A stretch of DNA of 61,543 bases, from the NCBI GenBank assembly GCA_965644315.1, contig CBFFRQ010000025.1, forward strand, positions 1-61,543, read 5' to 3'. Positions 1 through 10,329 of this stretch are shown piece after piece. Positions within the stretch are counted from its first letter, which is position 1. The number at the start of each line of letters is the position of its first letter. The notes under the pieces were generated by a model. That model was not told where the DNA came from. It was given only the letters and a program-made list of their open reading frames with translations, and searched no databases. Source of the stretch: Caecitellus pseudoparvulus (lineage: Eukaryota > Protista > Bigyra: Bicosoecida). The position numbers were made by a program, and so were the translations under genes.

Positions 1-143
1 GCCCAGGCCACACTGGATACACGCCAGGATGGTAACCGGCAGGGCGACACCTGCGCCCGGCGCCCTGCATTGATGCGCGCAGCATTGGCCTGACTGCGCC
101 CCATCGCCCCCAGTGCCTGTCACACCGCCCAGCCCACTGCCCA

Positions 144-1166
144 TCAGCGCACTCGAGCCGACCGCAGCAGCACCATGCCCCGCCGACCCTGTCGAGTGCT
201 GGTGCCGACCCAGACAGCATCCTTGGCGGGCTGCACAGCGTGCTCGCCAGCAGCAAGCCGTGCCTGCAGCGGGATGGCTCGGTGTCCGGTGAGGCCCAGG
301 AGCTCACGCACAACGCCAGGATGTCTATTCCCACAGGCCCATCGGAAGCCAAGGTCAGGCTCGCCTTCAGGTCCAGCGTGCACGTCCACCTCGCGATGTC
401 CAGTGAGGCCCAGCAGCTCCCGCACGATGTCCAACTGCCCATACTCACAAGCGAGTCGGAAGCCAGCCTCAGGCCCAGCCTCATCCCCCGCATGCACATC
501 TACCTCACGATCACCCGTCAGCGCCAGCAGCTCGCGCACAACCTCCGCGTGACCATTGCAGCAAGCAGACCGGAAGGCAGATTCCGGCCCACCCCGATCC
601 CCAGCATGCACATCCACCGCACGGCGCCCGTTCAAAGCCAGCAGCTCGCGAACCACATCAATGTGCCCGTTCTCACATGCAGCTCGGAAGCCAGGCTCGG
701 GATCGCCATACAGCCCAGCATGCACGTCCACCTCGCGATCGCCTCTCAGTGCCAGTAGCTCACGCACCACGTCAATGTGCCCAATGCAACAGGCAGACCA
801 GAAGCCCCCCTCATGCACATCATGCACATCACCCAACTCGACACCTGACAAGCCCAACAGCTCGCGCACGTTGTCAGCGTGCCCCCTCCTGCATGCTCCT
901 TGGAATATGACACCATAGTCACGACTCATGTCAAAGCCCCGGGCCACAACCACACTCAGCACCTCCCGCAGCAGCACAACGTCGCCCCTCTCACATGCGA
1001 TTCGAGCAACACGAAACACGTCGGTCGCCTCCACAGCCGCCTTGCCCCGCCTGGCGCCATCAGACGCGTCTTCCAGCAGTGTCAACAGGCTCCACACGTC
1101 CTCACTGGCACACGCTGCCCTCCACCGCTTCATCCACCGTCCCTTGCCGCCACTCCCAGCTGCCAT
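144..1166 (-). CDS. 38-aa ankyrin-type repeat protein, paralogue of 60414-61543
   Basis: Intronless ORF with repeated units G-H-x-D-V-V-R-E-L-L-x-L-x-G-x-R-x-V-D-V-H-A-G-x-x-x-G-P-E-x-x-F-R-x-A-C. First ATG (MAAGSGG) at 1166. C-terminal tail DAVWVGTSTRQGRRGMVLLR is shared with the paralogue. Confidence 0.8.
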   Translation of the reverse strand: MAAGSGGKGRWMKRWRAACASEDVWSLLTLLEDASDGARRGKAAVEATDVFRVARIACERGDVVLLREVLSVVVARGFDMSRDYGVIFQGACRRGHADNVRELLGLSGVELGDVHDVHEGGFWSACCIGHIDVVRELLALRGDREVDVHAGLYGDPEPGFRAACENGHIDVVRELLALNGRRAVDVHAGDRGGPESAFRSACCNGHAEVVRELLALTGDREVDVHAGDEAGPEAGFRLACEYGQLDIVRELLGLTGHREVDVHAGPEGEPDLGFRWACGNRHPGVVRELLGLTGHRAIPLQARLAAGEHAVQPAKDAVWVGTSTRQGRRGMVLLRSARVR

Positions 1167-1488
1167 GGCGTGGTGGCTCCAAACTCCGTACCCACACACC
1201 CGCGACGTGAGCCTGCAAGCCGCCTCACACACCGTGCACAGACGCCCCTGTGCAAGTCATGCGTCTCTACACTGCACATGGGTGAGTGTTGTGATGTGCG
1301 AGTTTGGACAGGGTGTGTCATTGCAGGTGCGCTGGTGGGCCCCCCCTGTTGCTGCACAGGCTGGTCTGCAGTTTACGGGGCAGGTCACGGCAGCAGAGAG
1401 CACGTCATAGCAGCGCCCGTGACCACACCATCTACCCCACAACAGCTGAAAAATGCACCCAGCAGTGCATTTCCCGAGGCCGGTGGTG

Positions 1489-3923
1489 CTACAGCTTCGC
1501 TGGCGTGGCCTGTGTGGCAGCTGCAAGAACAGCTCCCAGTTTCCCGGCGAGGGCCATGTTGCCCTTCAGCTTCAGCTTGCCACGCAGGAAGGCTTGCTGC
1601 GCGTTGAGCGCGCCGTCTGCGATGGCGCACAAGTCGCCGTCTGCTACTGCCACGCTGAGGTGGACGTCCGAGGGGGGGCTGGTACCCTCCTCCAGGCGTC
1701 GCACAGATCCGGGCGAGGCGGTCAGGTCCACCACCCACGTCACAGGGTGGGAGGCATGTGCAGGGGTAGACACGAGGAACGCGATCTTCCCTCGCACCTG
1801 CTGGACGAGTTTCTGCCCGCCTTCTTCGCGCAAGGCGTCTGCCATGGACGTGAACAGGCGCGTGCAAGCGAGGGCCGGCTCTGCCCCCTGCTGCGTTTGC
1901 TGGACGCCTTGCGCGTTCGCGACGTCAATGGCCACCTCGGCCACCCCTCGCGTCAGCACTTCAGCATCGCCTCGCCCTGGCAGGGTCAGCTTGAACAGCA
2001 CTTGGCGTGTGGCTCGGGCGTCAGCAGGGGCGCCGTGCCCCCACCACGCTGTGAGGGTCAGCGTCTCGCCGGGGAAGACGTGCTTCGCGAAGCGAGCGCT
2101 CATGCGTTTCAGAGCGCCCGCGTCCCCGCCGAGGAGGTGCTTCACCACCAAGTACCCCGCCACCCCGTAGCTGCAGAGGCCGTGCAGGATGGGGGCGCTG
2201 AAGCCGCCCATCGCGGCCATGTCCGGGTCGGCGTGGAGAGGGTTCCTGTCTCCGTTGAGGCGGTAGAGCAGGGCTGCGTTGGGTGGCAAGGTGACGGAGA
2301 CGCTGAGGGCAGGGGGTCCGGAGGGCAGCTGCCAGGCGGGCGCAGGGGGCCCCCTGTCCCCGCCGAAGCCGCCAATGCCCCGGATGAAGATGCGGGAGCG
2401 GTTCAGGGCCAGGACGGCGGGGCTACCGGCCTCCCGGGAGGTGCTGTCCAGGACCACCACGGCGCCGGAGCCCTTGTCGTACACGGCGCCGACACGGGTG
2501 GTGGTGGTGACGTCCCCTGACGTGGGCAGGGGGGCATCCCCCCACACCGTCTCCTGCTCCCCATGCAGCAGCATCATGGGGTTGAACGTCAGGCCAGGCA
2601 TGTCCACGATGCCGGCGTTGCCTGCGTGGGGCCACAGGACGGCAAAGGTGGGCAGCACGGCGAAGCCAGGCGCCAGTTCGTACGTCCAGGCCAAGTCTGC
2701 GGCGTCGGCGGGGTCGCGACTGGCGCCCACAGACAACGCGTACAGCATGGTGTCACGGGCATCGTGCCGAGCACGGGTGGGCGGCAGGGCTGTGGCCAGC
2801 ACCTTCTGCACGTCCACGGCATCAGAATGCCCCGTGCGCCCGCCTTCCAGGACCGGCAGGGCCAGGTCTGGGTCAGAGGTTGGGCGTTTGCCGCTGGCTC
2901 CAGCCGCGTCGGCTGCGCCAGCGATGTCCTGCCCCACACCGTCGCCACTGGCAGCGTGCTTGGAGACATTGGCCATGATGGGTTCAAAGGCGCTCTGAGT
3001 GGAGGAGGGGTGTGTCGCCTTGCCGTCGTCGAAGTCCACGACGGCGGGCCAGGCGGCGGCGATGTCCTCCAGGCTGTGACGCGGCGGCAGGGCGGCACCA
3101 GCACTGCGTTGCCAGCGCACCTGCGCCACCCACCCCGCCCCAGCTTCAAACACGCGGCCCGTGCAGGCGCAGGACTCGTGTGCGAGGAAGGCGACGAGGG
3201 GCGCGACGGCCTCGGGCGCCAGGGCGGCCAGGAGGTCTGGCGGCATGACGTCAGCTGTCATGCGGCTGGCGGCGATGGGCGAGATGGTGTTCACGCGAAT
3301 TCCGCGCCGGGCACCCTCCAAGGCCAGGGTGGAGGACAGGCCCAGAATGCCCATCTTGGCGGCGCCATAGTTGGCCTGGCCGAAGTTGCCGTACAGCCCC
3401 GTGCTGGAGGCTACATTGATGATGCGGCCGTAGCCCGCCTCGCGCATGTGCGGCCAGGCGGCCCGTGTGACGGAGAAGGTGCCTTGCAAGTGCACCGCCA
3501 GCACGGACTCCCACGCGGCGTCGGTCATCTTCTGGAAGCTGCCGTCCCGCAGGATGCCGGCGTTGTTCACGAGGATGTCCAGGCGGCCGAAGGCTTGCAG
3601 CGCCGTGGCCACGATGGCCTCGCCATCCGTGCAGCTGTCATACGAAGGCACTGCCTGGCCGCCCAGGGCTTTGATTTCAGACACCACCACGTCGGCAGCC
3701 TTCTTGCTGGCTCCAGAGCCGTCCACGGCCCCTCCCAGGTCGTTCACGACCACCTGTGCCGCGGCGGCGGGCAGTGCAGCGGCGTGGTGTGGTGCCTGCA
3801 CGCCGACCTGCAACGCACTTTTGCTCCGCGAGAGCCCAGGAGGAGGGCGTATGCTCGGCCGAGACCATTTCCTGCTCCAGTCACGATGGCCACACGGCCA
3901 TCGAAACGCAGCTTTTGCGCCAT
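1489..3923 (-). CDS. HSD17B4: Peroxisomal multifunctional enzyme type 2 (SDR dehydrogenase + enoyl-CoA hydratase 2 + SCP2), PTS1
   Basis: Exon 1 (3819-3923) [26 protein letters not shown], then GT-AG intron 3754-3818. SDR motifs NNAGILRD and YGAAK; hydratase-2 motif [14 protein letters not shown]; SCP2-like [16 protein letters not shown]; ends in AKL-stop. Confidence 0.95.
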
Positions 3924-4167
3924 GCTCGCGTGGTTAGGGCGCCGGTCTGCTGCTGTGGGCGTGGTGGTGGCGCAGAGCCGGCCAAGGGCAGGGCGCTGCA
4001 CGGCAGGCCCGGAAGGGTACAGACGGCAAAAACGACACGTGGGCCTTGCAATGTGACGCAAGGGTGTCTTGCGGTATCACCAGCCTCCTTGGGTATTGTG
4101 AACTCAGGTGTTTTGGGCACAAGTTGGCCACCGTCGTCTTGCGGAATTTGGACGCACCCCAACCAGA

Positions 4168-4743
4168 ATGGCGTCTGACAGCACCCCTGGCACAGGGCCA
4201 GTGGAGAGCGTGGCAGAAAGCACGACATTGGAGAAGGTAGATCTATCGGAGCCCCTTGCTGCGTGGGCACAGGAGCAGGTGAAGGCTGAAGTGGCCCGTG
4301 TCGCTGGCCTGGGCAGCAAGTGCCTGCCAGTGCCAGTGGTTTCGTGCGCCACAGACGTCGAGCAGGGGGAGGGGGCCGACGCCAAGATCGTGCACATCGT
4401 GGAAGCCAAGACCAAGTGCGTCCCATGCGCTGCACTGCGCTCACCGTCCCCGCCACCGCCGCCTCGCTTCGCTCTGCTCAGGTTTGACTTCGCTCGGGTG
4501 CAGCAGATCCTGCTCAGTGCTGCGACGCCTGTGCCGGAGGAGCTGCAGGGGACAGTGAACGGGGAGGCCACGGAGCTGGCCCTGGTGTTCCTGGTGCTGC
4601 TGGGGGACAAGCCCATCCCCCTCCTACTGCCGTACCTGCACGCCGCGCAGCACAGCAGCGCGCTGACAGAGTGGTGCCTTGTGAATTCCCAGGGCGCCGG
4701 CGTGCGCCACCACGTGGAGGGCTTCGCCGACGTGGCTTCCTGA
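4168..4743 (+). CDS. Hypothetical protein (~170 aa, one probable intron 4416-4481)
   Basis: ATG at 4168, coding-like composition, GTGCGT...CTCAG intron, AATGCA motif just after the stop. No family recognised. Confidence 0.6.
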   Translation: MASDSTPGTGPVESVAESTTLEKVDLSEPLAAWAQEQVKAEVARVAGLGSKCLPVPVVSCATDVEQGEGADAKIVHIVEAKTKCVPCAALRSPSPPPPPRFALLRFDFARVQQILLSAATPVPEELQGTVNGEATELALVFLVLLGDKPIPLLLPYLHAAQHSSALTEWCLVNSQGAGVRHHVEGFADVAS

Positions 4744-4758
4744 GGCGCACAATGCATG

Positions 4759-6220
4759 TCACCCCGACGCCATGCCGCCGTGCCCCAGCGCCAGCAGCGT
4801 CATGCCCAGGCTCGCCAGCATGCGTTGTGGGTCATCCAGGGGGCACAGCTGCCCACTGTATGGGAGGGCTTCCCAGGCACAGACACTGGCGTCGCCACAG
4901 GCCATGATGCTGTGCAGGGCCTGCATGTCCCCCGTGAAGGGCCAGGGCTGGCAGGGCCCACGGGCGGCCTCCCCCACAAAGCCCAAGATGCGGGTGGAGA
5001 AATGGGCCCACTGCCCACGCAGGGCAGGCGCAGGCAGCGCGGCACGGGCCAGACCTGCGGAAATGTACGCTCCCACGGCAGCTGGAGACAGCTGCTTCGT
5101 CGCCTGCAGCACACCGCGCCCGACGTGGGAGTGCCGGCGTGCCGGCCCGAGGCTCAAATCCCGCAACGCCACGGCGGCAGACTCCCAGGCACCACAGGCG
5201 ATGAGGGCGCGAAGCGTCGTCCACTGCAGCCACTCATTCCAGGAGGGCCCTGCCAAGGCCAGTGGGTTGCACAGCACCAGCACGCGGAAGGCGAAGCGTT
5301 GCTGGAGACTGGCGTGCACGAGGGCGGTGGCGCCCTGTCCCACGCCCACCGCCACACACTGGTGCACTCCGAACGTCGCCAGGACCTGCAGAATGGCAAA
5401 AGGGATGGAGTCCCAGTCCGGCACGGCCTTGGACACCACCTGGACCGCTGCTCCGTCCACCTCCTGCTCCGCCTGTGACTCTCCGGCGCCGTCCTGCGTT
5501 GCGGCGTTGCCGTGCCCAGACAGAGCAGCCTCCACTGTCTGTGCCAGCTCTGCTGAGCGCGTCTCAGGGCTCAGGCGGTGCTTGGCTGGCAGGCGTGGAG
5601 CTGTGACGCGGTGCTGTCCGCGCACAGACTCGTACCCAGGCAGGTCAATGTGCACAAACTGCGCAGGTGCGGGGGTAAGTGCAGTGTGTGGGTGACGTGC
5701 CTGACCCACCAGCGGGCGCCCTTTGCGCACCTGGACGTGTGCAAAGCGAGGCTGCGAGCGCATTTCGCTCTCAAATCGACCGAATGTTGTGCGGTGGTCC
5801 GCCGCTGCGAAGCGACGCGTGGAGGGGCGTGGCGCGGCGCCAAGCGGGGGGGGCGTGCTGCGGAAACTGGTTCGCACCCGCTCCGTGCACTGTGACAATA
5901 GTCAGCGTGTGCTGGTCTTCCGGGCGCACCACCGTGACGTTGACGTCCATGGCATCCGTCTCCACCAAGAAAGTCGTGCGCACAGCCTTCACCTTCGCAG
6001 CCCTCCCTTCTGCTGCCTTGGACGCTGCGACGGACTTGGCCCGCTGCAGCATGCGCTTGTGCCGCTCCGCACGCCTGCCTGCGGGGGTGTCTGTGCCAGC
6101 CTCTTCCTCCTCGGCAGGGGGCGGAGGCTGCACTGCCACAAACACCAGCCAGCATATCAACACCACCACCGAGGCCGCTGCGACATACGCGACGTTGTGC
6201 CCCCGCAACAGGCGATCCAT
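4759..6220 (-). CDS. NDRG/Ndr-family alpha/beta-hydrolase-fold protein with N-terminal transmembrane anchor
   Basis: Spliced reading (introns ~5805-5877 and 5659-5730) gives TIVTVHG..DHRTTF..FVHIDLPGYE..VAVGVGQGA..LVLCNP...SWNEW, matching the NDRG pattern TxHD..H..F..HxDxPG.E..GxGVGAGA..LVLxN..W.EW. Hydrophobic segment YVAAASVVVLICWLVFVAV lies near the N-terminus. Confidence 0.7.
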
Positions 6221-6371
6221 GGGTGCCCACACACGGTGCTGGCTGGCGCTGCACAGGCACAGGAGCCCGAAGCGGTCAAAAGCGCGTGGGCTGTGGAATG
6301 TCGCTGTGATGCATGTGCCGTCCTGCGCACACTGCAGCATGTAGGCCAGCCAGGCAGCTGGAGCGCTGAGC

Positions 6372-6897
6372 ATGGCGGAGGGGGGTGGAGCCAGCCCCTC
6401 GCCAGCAACGCATGCGCATGGCGGGGGTCTGCAGCCGAATTGGCCAGCTGAGCAGATGAGCATTGATGACTGGAAAGCCCTCCAAGCCCAGCTGCGTGCC
6501 TCTCGGTCCTACGCGCTGCAGGCACTGGCAGCTCTGCAGGTGAGGCGGTCGATTTCCGCAGCCTCCGCCCCACCCCCTCTGCCCCACCCTGGACACGGCA
6601 CTGGTCGCTTGCACATCGCAGGTGGAGGAGCAGATGCTGCGTGCTGGCTGCCAGGTGGAGTCCGACCACGAGGCTGTGCAGCTGGCGCTGGCAACGCACT
6701 TCCAGCGCCCTGCCGCGGAGCAAGTCACAGCACCCCTGCCTTTCCCTGCGCCGGCCAGCAGCGACGAGGACAGCGACAGCGACGGCGGCGCGACGCCCAC
6801 CCCTGCAGCAGCCCAGCTCATGGCCATGTTGGAAGCCGAGCTGGACTCGCCCCTGGAGGGCTCTGACAGCGACGCGGCGTCAGGCAGTGGTCCGTAG
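6372..6897 (+). CDS. Hypothetical small acidic protein (intron 6540-6621)
   Basis: Two ORF pieces joined in frame by CAG|GTGAGG...CGCAG. Palindromic AATGCATT follows the stop. Start could be 6372 or 6456. Confidence 0.55.
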
Positions 6898-6961
6898 CAG
6901 GCCACGCTCGCCGCCCAGCGCCAGAATGCATTGCCAGGGAGCTGCGGGGGCCCAGCGCTCC

Positions 6962-9724
6962 TCACAGGCGGTCCACGACGTCGATGCCGACGAGGTTGAG
7001 CATGGTGCGCACCATGAGCGCGCTGGCGTACACGAGGGCGACGCGGTGGGGGTGCACCACCATGCTGCCGTCCGCCTGCGTGTCCATGACGCGGCAGTCC
7101 CGGAAGAACTTGGAGAAGACGACGGCGATGTCGTAGGTGGCGGAGCAGATGTAGTGCGGGTTCAGCTCCGCCTGCACGTTCAAGATGGCCTCCACCGCCG
7201 CACTCATGGTGTGCAGCAGGGCGCACTCAGAGGGGTGCTCCACCGTCAGGCGCCCCAGCACCTCCTCCGCACTGTCTGCCTTGAGGCCAGCCAGGAAGGC
7301 ATCCACGTCGAAGCCGGCCTTGGCGGGCAGTTTGCGCAGGATGGAGCACATGCGAGCGTGGGCGTAGTTCAAGTACACCGCCGTGTTGCCGTCGGCCGCC
7401 AGCATGCGGTCGTAGCTGAACTGGTAGTCGTTGATGCGGTTGTTCTTCAGGTCGCCGTACTTCACGCCGCCGTACCCCAGCACTTCCGCCAGGCGGGGAA
7501 TGTCCGCCGCCTCAATGGGGGACGTCCCTGCCGCCAGGCGCTCCGTCAAGCTCTCCTCCATGCGTCGCTTGGCTTCGTCCAGCAGGTCCACCAGACGCAC
7601 CGTGGCGCCGGAGCGGGTCTTGAGGCGCTTCTTGTCCTCGCCCTGCACGACGCCGAAGCCGACGTGCTCCACGCGGTGTGTGGCGGGGTCGTACAGGCCA
7701 GCCTTGCGAGCCCCCGCGAACACGACCTGGAAGTGCAGGTTCTGCCCCGCATCCACACAGTACAGGATCCAGTCCGCCTTGAGCTCCTGCACGCGATGCT
7801 TGAGGGCGGCCAGGTCCGTGGAGTCGTACCCGAAGCCGCCGTCGGACTTCTGCAGCATGAGGGGCACTTCGTGGCCCTCAGCGAACACCACCACGGCGCC
7901 GTTGTGGGGCTCCGCCACGCCGGCAGACTGCAGCTGCTGCACGAGGGGCTTCAGCATGGGGTTGTAGAAGGACTCACCCACCACCTTCAGGTCGGGGTGC
8001 ACGCCCAGGCGCCTGTACACGTCCGTGAACATGCTCTCCGACACGGCACACAGGGCCTTCCACATGGCCAGGTTCTCGGGGTCACCGCCCTGCAGCGCCA
8101 CCACCTCCCCATGGGCGCGCTCTGCGAACTCGGGCTCCTTGTCGAAGCGCACCTTGGCAGCCTTGTAGAAGGTGGTGAGGTCGGTGATGGGGGGGGGCGT
8201 TGTGGCTGCGTCAGGGAAGGTGTCCTTCAAGTGTGCGATGAGCATGCCGAACTGGGTGCCCCAGTCCCCCACATGGTTCACGCGCGTGACGCGGTGGCCC
8301 AGGAACTCCAGCACGCGGGAGAGGCTGTCGCCTAGGATGGTGCTGCGCAGGTGCCCCACGTGCATGTCCTTGGCGATGTTGGGCGAGGAGTAGTCCACCA
8401 CGACGTGCTTGGGGGTGGTGGGCGGCGGCACCAGGCCCTTCGTGGACACCCACCTCAGGTACGCCGTGAAGAAAGCCGGCGTCATGGTGATGTTGATGAA
8501 GCCTGGCCCCGTCACGGTGCAGGAGGCGATGAGGTCGTTGGGGGGCAATGCCGCCAGGATGGCTTGGGCCAGCTGTTGGGGCGACTTGACACCCTCGGGC
8601 AGCACGCCGGGGGTCTTCTTGTACCGCCCGAAGACGGGCATGGCGGCATTGCACTGGAAGTGGTGGGGCAGCTTGGCCGTGATGGTGTTGTGGGCCACCG
8701 CCGCCTCCGGCACGTCAGCCTTGCACCCCGGCACTGCGCTGTGCAGGGCGGACGTGAACAGGTCCCGCACCAGGCTCAGGCAGGAGTGCGAGAAGTCCAG
8801 GCTGGCGGCAGAGACGGTCTCCCCACCAGCGCCGGCTGCACCCCCCGCCCCAGTGGCGGCAGGCGCACTGCTCAGGTCTTGCCACTGCCCCAGTGCGGCG
8901 CTGAAGCCAGAGTGGGCGGCAAGGGTGGCGGCGAGGGTGCGCAGGCTGATGCCGACAGAGGGCGGCAGCAGGCCGTAGCCCGAGTCGCCCCCCGACAGGA
9001 TGGGGAACAGCGTGCTCACCACGGCGATGTCAGCCAGGGACAGGGCGGGGCCCACCAGCCACTGGCCAGCGGCGTTGGAGGCCACGCCGGCGTCAGCTGC
9101 CTGCACTGCGGCGACGGCAGCAGAGTACGCTGCGACGGCCTTGCTGTCCACGCTAGCAGGCTTCTTGCCGCCGGTGGAGCCGGCTGTGGCGGCCTGTGCA
9201 GGGGGAGGGCGGTGCTGGGTGCGGGGGGCGTGGCACGAGTCTGCGCGCCAGGCTGGCCCACGCACGTAGAGGGACATGGCCGAAGCAGCCTCGTCAAAGG
9301 ACGCCTGCCCGGCGTTGGCAGCGGCAGCGTCCAGGGGGAAGGTGGCCCCTGCCGCCGCTGCCGCCGTCAAGCCCTCCACGGCAGGCGCAGCGGTGCTGGT
9401 GCTCCACTGCACCCATTCGTCCACAGCGAGAGTGTCAGCAACCAGAGACACACCTCCCTTGCCGGGCTTGCTGCAGATGTACTGGGAAGCAGCTGCAGAG
9501 CCGTACAGAGTGCCTTCGGGGGTGTTCAGGGCCACATCGGCGCCGAGGGGCAGCGCTGCGAGGGGACGAGGTGGGGGATTGCGGAAATTGGCCCTGGCGA
9601 ACAGAACCCGCAGGGGCGCACCATTCGCTGTCACCTCCGCTGTGACGTCGAACTTGGCCAGCTGTGCAGCCACCAAGACCTGGAGGGCGCCCCCGTTGAC
9701 CTTGGACACCAGGAGCGTGCTCAT
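6962..9724 (-). CDS. RARS1: Arginyl-tRNA synthetase with N-terminal GST-like domain
   Basis: VVVDYSSPNIAKDMHVGHLRSTILGD (HIGH motif), NHVGDWGTQFGMLI, KSDGGFGYDSTD, KTRSG, GNTAVYLNYAHAR. Probable in-frame introns at 9556-9621 and 9194-9265. ATG (MSTLLVSK) at 9724. Confidence 0.95.
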   Translation of the reverse strand: MSTLLVSKVNGGALQVLVAAQLAKFDVTAEVTANGAPLRVLFARANFRNPPPRPLAALPLGADVALNTPEGTLYGSAAASQYICSKPGKGGVSLVADTLAVDEWVQWSTSTAAPAVEGLTAAAAAGATFPLDAAAANAGQASFDEAASAMSLYVRGPAWRADSCHAPRTQHRPPPAQAATAGSTGGKKPASVDSKAVAAYSAAVAAVQAADAGVASNAAGQWLVGPALSLADIAVVSTLFPILSGGDSGYGLLPPSVGISLRTLAATLAAHSGFSAALGQWQDLSSAPAATGAGGAAGAGGETVSAASLDFSHSCLSLVRDLFTSALHSAVPGCKADVPEAAVAHNTITAKLPHHFQCNAAMPVFGRYKKTPGVLPEGVKSPQQLAQAILAALPPNDLIASCTVTGPGFINITMTPAFFTAYLRWVSTKGLVPPPTTPKHVVVDYSSPNIAKDMHVGHLRSTILGDSLSRVLEFLGHRVTRVNHVGDWGTQFGMLIAHLKDTFPDAATTPPPITDLTTFYKAAKVRFDKEPEFAERAHGEVVALQGGDPENLAMWKALCAVSESMFTDVYRRLGVHPDLKVVGESFYNPMLKPLVQQLQSAGVAEPHNGAVVVFAEGHEVPLMLQKSDGGFGYDSTDLAALKHRVQELKADWILYCVDAGQNLHFQVVFAGARKAGLYDPATHRVEHVGFGVVQGEDKKRLKTRSGATVRLVDLLDEAKRRMEESLTERLAAGTSPIEAADIPRLAEVLGYGGVKYGDLKNNRINDYQFSYDRMLAADGNTAVYLNYAHARMCSILRKLPAKAGFDVDAFLAGLKADSAEEVLGRLTVEHPSECALLHTMSAAVEAILNVQAELNPHYICSATYDIAVVFSKFFRDCRVMDTQADGSMVVHPHRVALVYASALMVRTMLNLVGIDVVDRL

Positions 9725-10329
9725 GTTCACAGCAAGAGGCGCGTGCAGTCTGCGGTGGTGGCGGCTGAGAGTCGCAGCTCTCAACATCAGCGGGTGCCAG
9801 TCGCGCGTCGCAAGCTGCGGGCTGGCTTGCGGTCGGAGACGCTCCCTGCTCATGCATGAAGATGTGAGGTGGCGTTTGTAAAGTGGCCCATGTGGGCTCC
9901 CTGGCGCCTGGGCTGCATGTGTGCGGAGGGTGGCTGACTGGCGCAGCCAGCCGTCTGTTGCTCTGCAGTGGGCTGTGGCCTTCCTTGGAACGGGGCACTG
10001 CGCAACGGCATACCCGGCGCATCTGTGCGTCGGGATTACGGTACCTGTTGGCGCAGCTCCGCGTGGCTGCCCTGTGGGGGGCCACCAGGGCCGTTCTGGG
10101 GGGGTGGTGGAGTCTGAGTGGCAAAGGCCGCAGCGCATCACAATCAACCCAACCCCCCACCCTCAGCTGCTCGCGCCTGCCCCGTCAGACCTGAGCAGTA
10201 GTCTTCCTCTCGATCACTGGCCTCGCTCTCCCTGTGCTGTGTTCCAGGCAGAGCCAGCCCGAAGCGCACGCGCCGCGCACCCTCAGCCCACCGGCTAGCT
10301 GCGGAACGCTCACACCAGCGGCTCCAGCC

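Noticed and set aside
6641-8335. Long antisense and alternate-frame ORFs (also 12539-14767, 21638-23635, 29107-30597, 42280-43902, 49751-51460)
   Set aside because: Shadows of real genes caused by high GC3 and scarce stop codons; no motifs.
9725-10147. N-terminal ORF extensions in the track (ArgRS; also 16985-17227 and 36076-36192)
   Set aside because: They begin at non-ATG or far-upstream codons and read like UTR or promoter sequence.
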